Position numbers and translations under genes: made by a program
Part shown: one piece after another, positions 42,660 to 56,155 of the stretch
Layout of the letters: the number at the start of each line of letters is the position of its first letter
How positions within the stretch are numbered: the first letter of the stretch is position 1
The notes under the pieces: model-generated
Databases searched by the model: none
What the model was told of the DNA's origin: nothing
The model's input: only the letters and a program-made list of their open reading frames with translations
Assembly (NCBI RefSeq): GCF_009914755.1
Contig: NC_060944.1
Strand: one strand, 5' to 3'
Origin: the human T2T-CHM13v2.0 reference genome, Homo sapiens
DNA: 64,000 nt

Positions 42660-43004
42660 GGTCTTATTCTGTTTGGGCTGCTATGGACGAAATGCTGTAG
42701 ACGGAGTGGCTTAGCAACGACAGAACATTATTTCTCACAGTTTTGGAGTCTGGAAAGTCCAAGATCGAGGTGCTAACAGGTTAGGTGTCTGGTGGAGCCT
42801 GCATCTTGGTTCCCGGTGGCGCCTTCTCTCTGCCCTCACGTGGGCGAGGGAGCAGGCTGGGGCCTCCTTTATACCGTCGCGAATCCCAGTCACGGGCTCC
42901 GACCTCAAAACATAACCTCCGTCCAAAGGCCCCACCTCCTAATACCAGCGCATGGGTGATTCGGTTTCCCGATGCGAATGCGGGAGACACACTCAGTCCG
43001 CAGC
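42660..43004 (-). mobile_element. MLT1A/MST-like MaLR LTR, unusually CpG-rich
   Basis: GTCTTATTCTGTTTGGGCTGCTAT...TCTCACAGTTTTGGAGTCTGGAAAGTCCAAGATCGAGG...AAAGGCCCCACCTCCTAATACC. Confidence 0.8.
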
Positions 43005-44510
43005 TGCCAGGTCTCCTGTTGGGCGAGATGGGTGTGGGAGGGGCAGGAGGAGTGTCAGGACCCGAGCGGGATGCTGTGGATGACAAGGGAGCTGCTCTCA
43101 CCTCCCCGCCCCGAGACAGATGAGGCACTCGAGGACCTGCAGCAGGCCTCAGAGAGGGCTAGGACCAGGGAGGGGCTGCGGATGGAGAGCAGAGTGACGG
43201 CCTAGAAAGGAGGTTCCCGAGGGCTCTGGGGAGGCGGAAGAGGGGACGCGGTGTGTTGAGATGCGGGGAGAAGTTCAGAGCAGCATGGGCATGCAGGTGC
43301 CTGCAGAGGGGCCCATCTGGGCTGCACCCCAGCAGGACAGGGCCATGGCTTGGTGTGGGTTCGGCTGGCTGCACAGCTTCTTGTAAAGTTTGTCCCCAGG
43401 GTCCTTGGGAGTAGAGGTCTTTCGGAAGGCACCATCTCCAGAGCGTGTTTCTGAGTAACTCTGAGGATGGGTTCCGGGTTATCACTGTGTGTTGGAAACA
43501 GCAGCGCCCAGGCTGCCGGAGGAGGCTGGTCTCCCTGGCAGGTCCTGGCTGTGTCTAGAGTTTTGTGGGTCCTGGAGATAAGGCTCCGGTTTGAGGCCCC
43601 TGGGGCTGGCATGTCCCAGGGGAATGGCCAGAGCCAGTTCTCTGTGTTCTGAGGCTGTTTCTTTAGTTTCCTGCCAGAGAGTGTAGCCTCAAATGTGCTG
43701 CCTGACTTTCATCCAGCGCTAGACTGGGATGGATAAGAAGGACTTCTTTACTTTTTGTCATTTTCATGTTTTAAAAATTGACATAATCCTTTCCTCAAAT
43801 GGGGCATTATATCCAACCTAATATACAAACAGATTTAGGTGGAGCTGCTGGGAGAAAGGGTTCTGAATGTCAGATTCACCGTCCATCCACTGCCACCTTC
43901 CCAAGTGGCCAAATGGAACCCAGTTTGAAAACCACCATTTCCGATAGGTTAAATCTACCCCAAATTGGAGCCATCATCAGACAGCCATGTACAGACATAC
44001 TCTTGCTTTGGGTCCTGGAGAACCATGCGTGCAGGGTTGCATTTGGGTCTGAGTTTGCTGAGGACTGCCCATGGGTAGCATCATGTGGAGTGTGCGTTGT
44101 GTTCATTGGGCCTGTGTGTCATGAAGACACTGTGTACTGTTCATACAGAGACCCTTTGATGAGACACCACAAGAGAAACTCCTTGTAGGAGCCTCTGGCA
44201 GAAGAAAAATGGTTTTCTTTTGAGCTACCAGATTAAAAAAAAATTGTGGTTCCCCGGAATCCTATAACAGCATTTGTCTGCCTGCAAAGCTCAGCTCCAG
44301 GTTTGTAGGCCACCCAACTTAAGCCTTTGTGAACACATTTTTGGGAACTGATGCTACCCTGGACTTCACTGAACTATCTTACTTCATTTTTCCTTTACTC
44401 GTCTTTATTTAATAGTTTTATTGAATTATTTATGTAAATCTCACCTCATCATGCTTAGAAAAATGAAAGAAAAATTGTCTTTGGAACTGTAGGGAACTTG
44501 GACAATTTGA

Positions 44511-44992
44511 GGTTGGTTAAACTTGGGTTCCCAAGGGGCAGCATCCGAGACAAGGATTTGAATGAAGGGGTCCCAGGGGGTGTGAGCAGGGGAGTGGGGA
44601 AGTGGGGCAGGGAAGGGGAGGAACCTTGGCAGTGGTGAAGAGCTTACCACTCTGGGCAGCTAGGCTCAGTCCTGCGGGGACTTCTGGGAGAGTGGGCAGA
44701 ACACTCCTCAGAGTGGTTCCATGGAAGAGCAGGGGGTTGGGGGCTATTTCTCCACCAGCTCCCATTATTCATGGTTTAAGCTTGGCTCCTGGGCATGTCA
44801 ATTGCCTGGCACTTCTGTCCAGCCCTGCATGTGGGCCACACATGCTGCTGGGGCCAAAGAATGCCTTCTAGCCAAAAGTCACATGTGTTTGCCATAGGAA
44901 GTGGCAGCTGGTACAGGAAAGTGAGAGCCAAGGGTGTACAAATGGAGCACCAATAGTGTGGACTGCAAGGGTCTTCTGGAAGAGTTGACATA
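44511..44992 (-). mobile_element. LTR16-like ERVL LTR
   Basis: GGTTAAACTTGGGTTCCC...GAGACAAGGATTTGAATG...CCCAGG...GGGGAGTGGGGAAGTG. Confidence 0.6.
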
Positions 44993-46236
44993 CAAATGCC
45001 CTCATTTACTCAGTGCCTGTTGATGGTTCCTTCTGAGACCCCTAATGCAATGTTTATAATGCAGACTGAAAGAACTTGAGGAGCTCAAGTGAAAACTATC
45101 ATCATCTTTCCTCTTTTGTTGTAACATCTACATGCGAATGTCATGTCACAGGTGCTACTGTTTATACACAAATCCTGACCGATCTCCCAGTGGCTCTCGC
45201 AGTGCAAGGTTAGCAGGAAGCCGAGTTGTTTCCCTGAGTCGTCCTTTACGGATCTGGAGGGCTGATTTTGTGTTTATATAAATTGGTCCTGGATGTTCTC
45301 CCTCCCTCTGAGGGAGCAGGAGCTCGGGTACACTCAGGGGTCAGTCTGGGACGTCTGTTCTCAGAGCAAGGTGCACAGGACATTAAGGGATGCTGTTGCT
45401 TGTGGCTTGCCCACCCGAGGTCGGTGAGCTTGTGGGTCTGGGTCTGCTGCTCCCCCATTTGCCCCTCACAGCCAGGCTTTACACAAACTTCTTACATCCT
45501 CACAGCTCAGCCAAGACCAGGCCATAACCCTTGATGAGTCTTTACTGAAGGTTCTGGAGTGACCAAGTTACAATATGAAAAGCCACTCATTCCTCCTACT
45601 GGAAGTGTCTGTGTACACAGCTCCTGACAGTTCCTGCCTGCCTGGCTCCTAGCCCAGTGCTGTTAGAAATCTTTCCCAAACAGCTCTACCTTTTTGAAAG
45701 TCCAGACCCTTGACATCCATCTCTCCCTACTGCTCAGAATTGTCTGTATCTATCTTTTACCAATGGGGGAAAGGAAAGAAAAGGCAGATAAAGAGTGCTG
45801 CTCCACAGAACCTTGGGGGATTAAAAAGAAGCAGGCTGTGCTGAGAGCCTAGGATCAGAAAGAATCTCACTGCACCCTCACCTTCTTTAACCCAGGCATA
45901 GACTTCCCTCCATCCATTCCAATACCTGGAGTGTCTCATTGGTGTAGATGAAAACACGGCAGTCAGGTATAAGCAGGTCCTGGAGCTCTGACTAGCTCAT
46001 TTACTATTTCTGAACAAAACTAGCTTTGTGCACTTTACAGAAACAAGTGGGATGGAGGGTATAAATGGACAGGTTTTTTTTTTCACATTTATAATTTTAA
46101 TTTCTAATTACTCATGTTAAGTTGCTAAGTGGACAAAATGACAATAGCTATATCAATTAGAGTTTTCCTTTATTGTTTTGAATATTTTTAGCTTTTGCAT
46201 AGCAATAACATAATAAACATTTGTTGTTTTAAAAAT

Positions 46237-46680
46237 ATTAACTTTTCATGGGGGTATAATTTACAATGCAGTGCACACATATTAAGTGTGCACCTCCATC
46301 AGCTTGACAAATGCAGGCAACTGTGTAGCCTACACTCCTATCCAGAAACAATCCCATATTTCTAGAAAGTTCCACATGAACCTTCTCATCCGTCCATGCC
46401 CAAGACACAACCACTCTTCTGACATCTACACCACAGATTAGTTTTGCCTGTTCTAGACCCTCATAAACATGGAAGAATAAATGTGTGTTCTGTTTTGTCC
46501 TTTTTGTCAGCGTAATTGTTCTGAGATCATTCACGTTGCTAAGTGTACATTATTTCACCCTTTTTATTGTTGAGTAGCATATATTATGTAAGTGTGCCAT
46601 GGTTTGTTTATCCATTCTCCTATTGATGGGCATTTGAGCTGTTCCAAGTCTTGGTGATGGAGGGCATGGACATCTGTAAA
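46237..46680 (-). mobile_element. L1M 3'UTR fragment
   Basis: ATAATTTACAATGCAGTGCACACATATTAAGTG...TCCATTCTCCTATTGATGGGCATTTG. Confidence 0.75.
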
Positions 46681-46699
46681 GCATGAAAACAAAACTTGA

Positions 46700-47473
46700 T
46701 TCATTCCCCTCTTCACCTTTTTTCCTACCTCCAACTGATGGCCAAGTCCTGTCATTCTTCTGCTATTTTTTCTCAGATTTGTTTCCTGTATCATCGCTTT
46801 ATCCCAGCTCTCTAGGCAGGGCCCACATCATCTCTTGACTACTCTACTGCATCAACACTGGTCACCCTGTAGGCTTCCTGCCCCTCCCTAATCTACTGTC
46901 CACCTGGCAACCAGAGTGAGCATCTAAGAACACAAATTAGGTCAAGTCACTCTGTTATAAACTGCTTCCCTTAAAGTAAAATCCCAACTTGTCTTTGATG
47001 TCCCAGGTATCCAGTCCCCTGCCTTCCCCTCCAGCCTCATCTCATTCCCTTTGCTGCTTTTTTTCACTGCCTTTCAACTGCACTAGTCTTCTTTCGGCTG
47101 CTCAAGCACACTCAGCTCATTACCAGCTCATGTGCTGTTCCCTGGTCTGGAATGCTGTTCCTTTCATTCTTCCCTAAACTGGCTCCTCCTTGTTCTTCAT
47201 GTTTTCATGTTGGGGTGGCATTATCTGAACACTCCTTCCAAAGGGAACTCCCATCTCATGTTTTCTCTATCACTGTGCTCCGTTGAGGGTGACCCTTGCC
47301 TCTCAGCACTTAGCACAATTTGAAGCTCAATATTTATTTGTCTACTGGTCTGTAGTCTTCTCTCTCAAGAGCCCCTTGGCTCCATTAGGGTAGAGAACAG
47401 GTCTGTCTCACCATTAGCATTACCCCATGGATGCAGCATGCAGTAGTTGCTCATAAGTATTTCTTGAATGAAT
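46700..47473 (+). mobile_element. L2 3' region
   Basis: Ends GTAGTTGCTCATAAGTATTTCTTGAATGAAT, an L2-type tail. Confidence 0.65.
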
Positions 47474-48458
47474 CACTGGGTTTTATATAAAATGTTATCA
47501 TATGAAATTCTATTTTACTAAAATCTCCTTTGCTAAACAGTCCTGGGAATGACAACGGTTGCAATCCAGTAGGTAAAATCCTGCCCAGCAAGAGGTGCTG
47601 ACAAGGCCCTTTGGACTTGTGAGGGCAAATGGAAAAGGATGACTTTCTGAGATACTGATTTGTGTTTTTATTTTTCCTGATTCACAAAGGAAGCCAGACT
47701 TTTTCTCACCTGTTTCAGCACAAAGTGCATCTTTCTTGCACGCTTGAGTTTGTGGATGAAGATTCATACCCACTACCCATACTTCATCCTGATAGGTAGA
47801 TAAGTTAAATCAAATGCAATTTCTGCTTACTAAACACCATCGTCAAATCTTGAAACAGCTCACTGGATTTATGAGTATTGTTTTAATTTATTCTGTGCTA
47901 TTTTAACTACTTCAAAGATAACAGTTCTGTATTCATTTATGAAAGTAAGTTTGCCTCATCATATTTTTAAAGTTTTAATTTCTCTTAGCGACACTACAAA
48001 ACCAGCCACTGATATTTAATTCATTCCATATTTGTTGCGGGGCATAAGTGATGCTTTTAGAGTCATTAGTGAACTCACAAATAGATGCCTGTGGGGTAGC
48101 AAATGATAAGTCATTAGCCACTGTCTGCAGGGGAAATTATTCCTAGGGCTGAAGATAAGCTATTTTGGGAGCAACATTAAATCTTCAATTAACAGGAAAG
48201 CATTTCATAATTTGTAATTCACATTGGCATAATTTACATGATTTGTAAATTACTAAATGGTTCCCTAGTGTACATGTATTTATGCATCCATTCATGGTAT
48301 AATCTTACCTGATTCCTCAACATTTAAAAATCGTAGCTTCATGTTTGAGAAGGCCTGTCTTTATTTCCAACAGAATGCAAATTACTCACAGACAGGATGT
48401 CTGTACCTTAGCAAATGTTAGCAGTAGAAGAATGCATTTTAACACCCTCATTCTCTCT

Positions 48459-48682
48459 CTCTTTTTTTTATTATTATACTTTAAGTTCTGGGGCATATGT
48501 GCAGAATGTGCAGTTTTGTTACATAGGTATACATGTGCCATGGTGGTTTGCTGCATCCGTCAACCTGTCATCTAGGTTTTAAGCCCCACATGCGTTAGGT
48601 ATTTGTCCTAATGCTCTCCCTCCCTGTGACCCCCACCCTCTGACAGCCCTCGGTGTGTGATGTTTCCCTCCCAGTGTCTGTG
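48459..48682 (-). mobile_element. Short L1PA 3'UTR insertion
   Basis: TTATTATACTTTAAGTTCTGGG antisense L1PA end; exact 16-bp TSD AACACCCTCATTCTCT at 48441-48456 and 48683-48698. Confidence 0.95.
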
Positions 48683-49549
48683 AACACCCTCATTCTCTAG
48701 TGGCCCAGAATTTGATAGTGACCAAACAAGGATTCAAACCCTGTCTTTGAATCCAGTCTGGCGGTTCTACAAACTTAAGTTGAGATCGAAAGAAGAAACA
48801 CTAGAGGACAAAGAGGACAAAGCTCTCTGATGGAGAGCTGGGCGCATCTTGAAAACGTTAGGAAACTATTAATAAACAGTGGCTTTTGGCTCTTACTGCA
48901 TTTTTCCAGAGTGTTTTAGAAAATTAGAAATTAGAAAGCCATGGGTTTTCTCATTAAAGGGTAGAATGTTGTTGAAGAAAATGGAGGATTTAAATAACTT
49001 TTGTTTGCTTAGAATATTAACATAATTAATCTATTTTAGTCCGATGAGATATTTGCAAATACATTTGTTTTATGAGTGTCAAAGGCTCTAATATATTAAT
49101 ATTACTAATATATTAGTACAAAATACTAATATAATACTAATATACTACAATGTATTATGTCTATTATATATAATACATCAGTATATTAGTTATATTAATA
49201 TATTACTAATGCATTAATAAAGAAAAAAGATGTTAAACTAGACAGGATCCATCGTGTCCTTGTGGCATTTTGATGGAGGCCTTCACCTCAACAGTGAGTT
49301 AAGCCTAGAGTATGAGGATGAGTTCTGTGCATTAGCCACTTTAAAGTTTGTTTGTCGTTACTCAGTATACAACAGAGAAAACCTCAAAATCCCTCTTCAC
49401 TTCTCTTCCAACTCTGCTTTTCCCAGTGTGAGTAGAATCAAACCATATGTACTGTTCAGGGATCTCCTTTCTTTTCAATTCAACCATGTGTTTTGGGTGC
49501 TCTTGTTCTGACTCATGAATCTGAGAACTCTTCCCACCTCAATCATTAG

Positions 49550-49790
49550 AGAGGCAGAGGATTGTAGTTGTGAAAAGTTTGTACATTGGAGTCTGGCTTT
49601 GAGTCCCAGTTTTCCCGTGGACAGGTCATGTGACCTTGGCAAAATAACCACCTCCCATGCCTCAGGTGCCTCATCTGTGAAATGGGGATAATAATAACAC
49701 CTACTTCAAATAAAACAATGCAAGGAATGCCCTAGAACAAACGCCTGGCCCATAGTAAGTTCTACCCAAGTATTTATTATTATAATAATT
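49550..49790 (+). mobile_element. MIR
   Basis: GTGACCTTGGC...CCTCATCTGTGAAATGGGGATAATAATAACACCTAC. Confidence 0.8.
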
Positions 49791-49867
49791 GTATAAACAT
49801 TTAACGACTTCCTTAAATTGTTTCCTATTACTTGCTATTTTGAATAGTGTTTCAATTAATATCCTTG

Positions 49868-50233
49868 TGAGATGGTTTTGCTGTGTCCCCAACCAAATCT
49901 TATCTTGAGCTGTAATTCCCGCAGTTCCCATGTATCGTGGGAGAAACCTAGTGGGAGGTGATAGAATTATGGGGGCGGGTCTTTCCTGTGCTGTTCTTGT
50001 GATAGTGAATGAGTCTCATGAGATCTGATGGCTTTAAAAATGGAAGTTTCTCCACACAAGCTGTCTCTTTGCCTGCTGCCATCCATGTAAGCTGTGACTT
50101 GTTCCTCCTGGCCTTCTGCCATGATTGTGAGGCCTCCCCAGCCATGTGGAACTGTAAGTCTAATAAAACTTTCTTTTGTCAAATGCCAGTCTTGGGTATG
50201 TCTTTATCAGCAGTGTGAAAATGGACTAATACA
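49868..50233 (+). mobile_element. THE1 (C/D-like) MaLR solo LTR
   Basis: TGAGATGGTTTTGCTGTGTCCCC...CAGCAGTGTGAAAATGGACTAATACA. Confidence 0.9.
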
Positions 50234-51119
50234 CCTCATATGTATAATTTTGTATATATGTGAATCGTTTTCTAGGACAACTTTCTAGAAGTAAAATTTC
50301 GGAAGCAAATCCTTTGCCTTTGGTAGCTACAACTGCACTGCCTTTTAAAGGTCTTTAACTATTTATAATTTTACCAGCCGTTTAAGGGAGAACATGTTAT
50401 CTGGATCCTCTCTGATTTTTAAAATCTATTCTTTTTCTATCTGGTGGACAGGAAATGGCATCTCATCCTCACGTGATTTGACGGATTAACATTTTCATCA
50501 TGAAGGTGGGTGAAAACACAGGTGGACTTTGATCAAGTTTGCCATTAGCAATCTGGGCAGCTGAATCAAAGGCTTAGCATGTTGGCTAATGCAGAATGTA
50601 ATAAAACGGCATTTAGAGGGGATCAGCACAACGTCTCATAAGGTAGGTTCCAATGCTCAGCAGGCCAAGTTCGAGAAGGGGTGGTAGCCTAACAGCAGTG
50701 TGCATGGAACTAACTTGGGGGGTTCCAACTACAGCAAGAATGGGATCGTTTTCCTAAATTAGCTCATATAAGCGTGTGCTGCCCAAGACAAGGGAAGTCC
50801 TGGATCACATTGTGAGTTTTGAGGAAAGGTCAGCTCTCTCTTGCTGAGGGTCTGGAGCAAGGCTAGACATATTTTTGGGCATATTGTAGAGATATTTTAG
50901 ACATATCTCCTTTTCTAATGAACATCTACGGTGGATTCTGGAATAGTGGGAGATTACTTGAATGACAAAACTTAGAAATTCTGTGATTGTCCAAGTTCTC
51001 CAAGGTTAAGGAGGAGGAAAAAGCACCAAGGCAGATGAGTGCTTCCTGGAGCAAGCAACAATATTTTTCACTGTAGGAGAATAATAATTTTTTAAAAAAA
51101 GTAGTTATAATAAATAATT

Positions 51120-51575
51120 ATATAACCATTACCACAATCAATATATAGAACAGTTCCATCCCCCTCTAAATTTCCTTGCTTCCCATTATAGACAATCTGT
51201 TCCCCCCGTTCCAATCCCTGGCAACCACTGATGTGTTTTCTGTCCCTTTAATCTTTTCCAAAGTGGAAAAATAAATGGAACAAGGCAATATCCTGTATGG
51301 TCTGTTACTTGTTTCACTCAGCATTGGATACCTGTTGACCATGTGGCTATGTATCAGTAGCTCATTTTCTTGTATTGCAGAATAATATCCTATGTCACGG
51401 AGTACCACACAGTTTATTTAACCATTTATCCCTTGAAGAACATGTGGGTTGTTTAGAATTTTGGTGTTTATGAATAAAGCTGCTATAAACATTTGCTTAT
51501 AGTTTCTTTGTGTGTGAATATAAGTTTTCATTTTGCTAGGACAAATACTCAGGAGTGGGTTGCATAGTAAATGTA
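51120..51575 (-). mobile_element. L1MB-like 3' fragment
   Basis: TAGAACAGTTCCATC...CCCTGGCAACCACTGAT...ATGAATAAAGCTGCTATAAACATT. Confidence 0.75.
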
Positions 51576-52086
51576 TGTTTGAAAAGAAATCATGTTTTTA
51601 AAGCACCATATTTTTATTTCTGCATACTCTGTGATTTTACTACAGAAGTAGGTTCTAGGTCTGATGTTTTCACATATAGGTGTTCACTTTTCTCTCCCAC
51701 AGCAAGTGGTGAAAGTACTATGAATATCACAGAGTTCTTTGAGGTTTTAAAGACAAAATTTCTCTATAAGTACAGGTAGCAAGTGTGCAGGAATTTCCTT
51801 GGTAATATTTCTGCTGAGGAATAACAAGAGAGTAAGTAAATTTACCTTTTAAAAAATCACAACTAAAGTGTGAAGGTCGATTGCAAAACTTTCATGTAAG
51901 AAGGATTTTATTGTTCTTCTATGCTTAGCATTCCTTCTGCTATGTGGAATAGTCCTGGAGTAACTTGACACACAGAAAGTACCATATTTTAAACAGAAGC
52001 AATTCATTGTAGTGGCTTCTGCGAGCAATAGAAACTTGCAGAACGTACAAGGAATTCAAACATCTCAACAGAAAAAAGCCCACCAA

Positions 52087-52771
52087 GTTTCCTCAAAAAA
52101 CTACAATTAGAACTGCCATATGATCTGGCAATCCCATTTCTGGGCATTTATCCAAAGAAAAGGAAATCAGTATATCAAAGAGACACCTCCAAACCCCATG
52201 TTCATTGCAGCATTATTCACAATAGCTAAGATATGAAATCAACCTAGGTGTCCAACAACAAATGAATGGATAAAGAAAATGTGGTATATATACATACTAT
52301 GGAATACTATTCAGTGGTTAAAAAAGAATCCTGTCATTTGAGGCATCATGGATGGAACTGAAGTTTATGTTGAGTGAAACAAGCCAGGAACAGTTAAACA
52401 CTGCATGTTCTCACCTACATGTGGAAGCTAATACAAGTTGATCTTACAGAAGTAAAACGCAGAACAGAGGACACTGGAGACTAGGAAGGGTAAAGGGAAG
52501 GGAAAGGTAAGAAGAGATACGTTAAAGAATACAAAGTTACAGCTAGATAGGAGGAATCATTTCTAGTGTTGGATAGCTGTAGGATGTCTAGAGTTAACAC
52601 TAATATATTGGACAGTTTCAAATAGCTATAAGGAGGATATTGAATGTTCACAAGGCAAATAAATAACAGATGTTTGAGATTATGGATATGCTAATTACCC
52701 TTACCTGATCACTATGCATTATATGTATCGAAACATCACTATGTACCCCATGAATATGTCAATTAAAAAAA
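52087..52771 (+). mobile_element. L1MA-like 3' fragment
   Basis: TTCCTCAAAAAACTAC...CCATATGATC...GGATAAAGAAAATGTGGTATATA...GGATATGCTAATTACCC, A-rich end. Confidence 0.85.
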
Positions 52772-54574
52772 TAGTTTCACCAAGACCCACTAAATCAACA
52801 GAATTTTGTGGCAACATTATGCAGACCCCACTGTTGAGAGTAAACACTATTTGATATGATATCAAGTTCCATCAGTTTGCATCAGATCATCAGATGAGAG
52901 GGCCATAAGCTTCTTCTGTTCTCATAATTATGCAGATTTATTGTTTTGAAACAAAATCAACTTCTCTCTAAAATAAGCAAGGACATTGGGGCAACCAACT
53001 ATTCTCAGAGAAGGAGTGTTTTTAATTTTTTTCAGGATTCTTAGGAAAATCAAATATCAAATAACATACAGGAATGTAGAGTTCAATGACAAAAAGGAAA
53101 TCTCTTGACTGTATGAATAGTTTCATGAAGTCACAGCATTGGTTTAATAGCAAAAATTTTATTTGGAAAGAAACTTACATTTGGATTTAAAGAACAGTGT
53201 TTCAAGTCAAATTCATCAAATTAGCAATCCACTGTGATTTTTCCACCTTTTAAAATGAAGATTCAGCAATTTTTAGAAAGCATAGCTTGTGGTTAAGAAT
53301 GACATCATTTTGTCCAAATTAAAAATAATTAACGTTTAGGGTATAAAAAGAGTGTGCCAAAATATCTCAAAGAGCAATATGAAGTGAAATAATAAAAGGT
53401 ATCATAATTGCTAGACCAAGCCAGCCTATTCAAAATAAAAGCATTATGGAGCACTCAGTTGTGGATTGGTCTTAAGTGGCCTTCAAACAAATGCATGAGA
53501 AAGTCTGAGGACTGAGTTGAAACATTTCTCTACCTTCTTCCGTAATTTTATTTCCACTATTAAATTTTTAATGACCAGTAATTTGTGACATTAAATTTTA
53601 ATTTTTATTATATATTTTTTCAGTTGTGGATATTTCAAACATTTAATTTTTAGCAGTAACAGAGAAAAATAATACACACACACTAGAAACCTAATTGGTT
53701 TTGAATCTTGAGCAATTGCTTAGAAATGTTCATATGATGAAATAAAATGCTTTGTATTGCAAACTTTTATTTAGGAATGAGAGCTTCTTAATTCCGGGTC
53801 GTTGGACAATATCCAAAGTCAAATGGTAGAGACATATGAAAGATGGTTAGTAATTAATCACGCCTCACCAGTGTGCCAGGAAAGTAAACTCACCAGGAGC
53901 CTCTCTCAGTGCCTTATCAAATTACTAAAACTTGACTTGCTTTCCTGGATTAGTAAAGTGATACACTGTTGATTCTGGAAATTCGTAACTTAAGATGATT
54001 CCTCTGCATAGTATTCAGCAAACCATAAGATGGTATTTTGATAATTTTGAGTTTCATCAAAATACAGATTATTATCCTGCGTGAGTCCACTGTAATCTTA
54101 GCACAGAGTCTGCAAATTGGTGGCTCCAGGGGCTGGTTTCTCAGAAATGTGGGGCATTCGGGATCAGCTAACAGAGGAATGAGTTCTTGATGACTCCATG
54201 TGTGTCAACAAGCAGTTTACGACTTCTCCTTTAAAACAGAAAACGAACAAGAGTGTAGTTTTGAAAAGTAAATTTATTTATTTATTTATTTTTACTTAGG
54301 CTTATATAATTTTCTGTTCTGTAAGAGAGATCTTTTAGGGCCCAGGGAATTATTCCATACCTTGGGGACCCGGGAAAAGACTGCGTACCTGGCCAAGACT
54401 GATGATCAACCAAGTGGGATGCTTTATTTCCTCTTTAGTTAGAAGTTTCAGGATCAAAGTGAGCCTTTGAGCTATTTGTCATTTTCCCTCTAAATATTTT
54501 TGTCACACACACACAATTTGTATAGTGGCTTCTTCAGAAGCCTGTGGCAATCCTTCCTGGCTGTGAAAACAGAT

Positions 54575-54765
54575 GGCCTCACACAATGTGGTCCAAAACC
54601 AGCAGCATCAGCATTCTCTGGGTACTTGTTAGAAATGCAAAGTAGCAAAGTATCAGCCCCCAAGTAGACCTAATCAATCGGAAACTCTGGGAATGGGCCT
54701 AGCAATTTACATTTTGACATGCTGAGGATTCTGAGGCATGCTCATGGGTAAAAACGATTGATCTG
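54575..54765. mobile_element. MER5A DNA transposon fossil
   Basis: GTGGTCC...ACCAGCAGCATCAGCAT...CTTGTTAGAAATGCAAA. Confidence 0.75.
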
Positions 54766-54834
54766 TATAATGCTACCTTACAAATAAGTAACTTCAGCTT
54801 AAAACTCTTTTTTTTTTTTTTTTAAATCCTGGAA

Positions 54835-55154
54835 GGATTCTGCTCTTGGGCAACACGGCAAGCCAGAAGTGTCCAGGAAATTAACACCTACAAAGGCAGC
54901 CCTTGTTCAAGATCTAACTATCCCAGCTCCCTCTCCATTGTGGGGGATAATTCTAGGAGTGACTTTTTCAGTTTCCCTTGCAGAATTAGCTCCAATCACC
55001 ACCTTGATAGCTGGTGTAATAGCCCCGCTTTTGTAATCTGCCTTCCCTTTTCTGTGTTACTTTCCTTTCCCTGAAGGTGTTCCCTACACCCCCAAATAAG
55101 CTACACTCAAATCCTTGCATCAGTAATACTTCTTGGGGGCCCCAAATGAAGACA
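54835..55154 (+). mobile_element. LTR16-like LTR
   Basis: CCCAAATAAGCTACACTCAAATCCTTG...TTCTTGGGGGCCCCAAATGAAGACA. Confidence 0.55.
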
Positions 55155-55984
55155 CTCACCTACTGCAAGTGTTCAGTAGAAATCAATAAACTGAGTTTCC
55201 CCTTCATTCTAACCCAAGTAAGAGGTCATCATTCCATTTGTGATCCTACTGAAGAGAGGCAGAAATATACCCAAGACTGCAGGGGCCATGGTTAAGAATG
55301 GGCTTTAGAGCTAAATTCTTGCGATGGAAACTGGCCTTCCCTCTCGGGGACTGTGTGAGTTTGGGTTCATCTTTTAAGGTCCCCATGCCTCAGTTTCCTC
55401 ATAAAACAGGCAGAACTATAGTATATGTAGCAGGGAATCGTTATGAGGATTTAATAAGTTAAACAAGCAAAGTGGCTAAAATAGCATCTGTTATGTAGTA
55501 AGCATTTTATAAATGTTACCTATTATGATTAATATTGTTTTCCTTTTTTTCTTGCAAATAGTTTTAAGTCTCCTTCAGTTCTATTCATTTTTTTTTTCTC
55601 TAAAGAGCTTCCCCAGCATTCCTCCATTTTCTTGAAACTGTTTATCATGCTTGTTTTGTGTCAAGCCGTGGGGCTCTGTAGAGCATGAAACAAGAATAAG
55701 ATTCTATTACTTAACCTTCATTTAATAGTATACATTTGCCAATTAAGAGCTTTACACAAATTTTCTTATTAAGTCTTTTCAACAACTTCTGGATATGGAT
55801 AATGTTAATTCTTGTCCATGATACAATTGGAGAAATTGAGGCTTAAAGAGATGAAGTCACTTTTCAAGTGCTACATAGATGCTAAGTGATAAAGAAGAAA
55901 TTCAAACCCAGGACTCTTGATTGCAGGCCCCCAGCTCTTATCACAGACACTATACAAACAGGAATACTTTGTGTTACCCTGTGT

Positions 55985-56155
55985 TAATGGTTCTCTTATT
56001 TTGCTGTGCATCAGAATACCCTGGAAGGATGACTAACATACAGATTGCCAGGCTCAGCACCTGCTGTGTCTAAGCCAGGATATCTAGGGGCATTTCTAGT
56101 AAGTTCCAGGTAATGCTGATGCTGCTGGTTTAGGGACAACACTTTGAGAAATATG
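55985..56155. mobile_element. MER5A-like fragment
   Basis: GCATCAGAATACCCTGG...GGTAATGCTGATGCTGCTGGT...ACACTTTGAGAA. Confidence 0.7.

Noticed and set aside
49088-49220. AT-rich quasi-palindromic stretch
   Set aside because: Low-complexity sequence; self-complementarity expected from composition.
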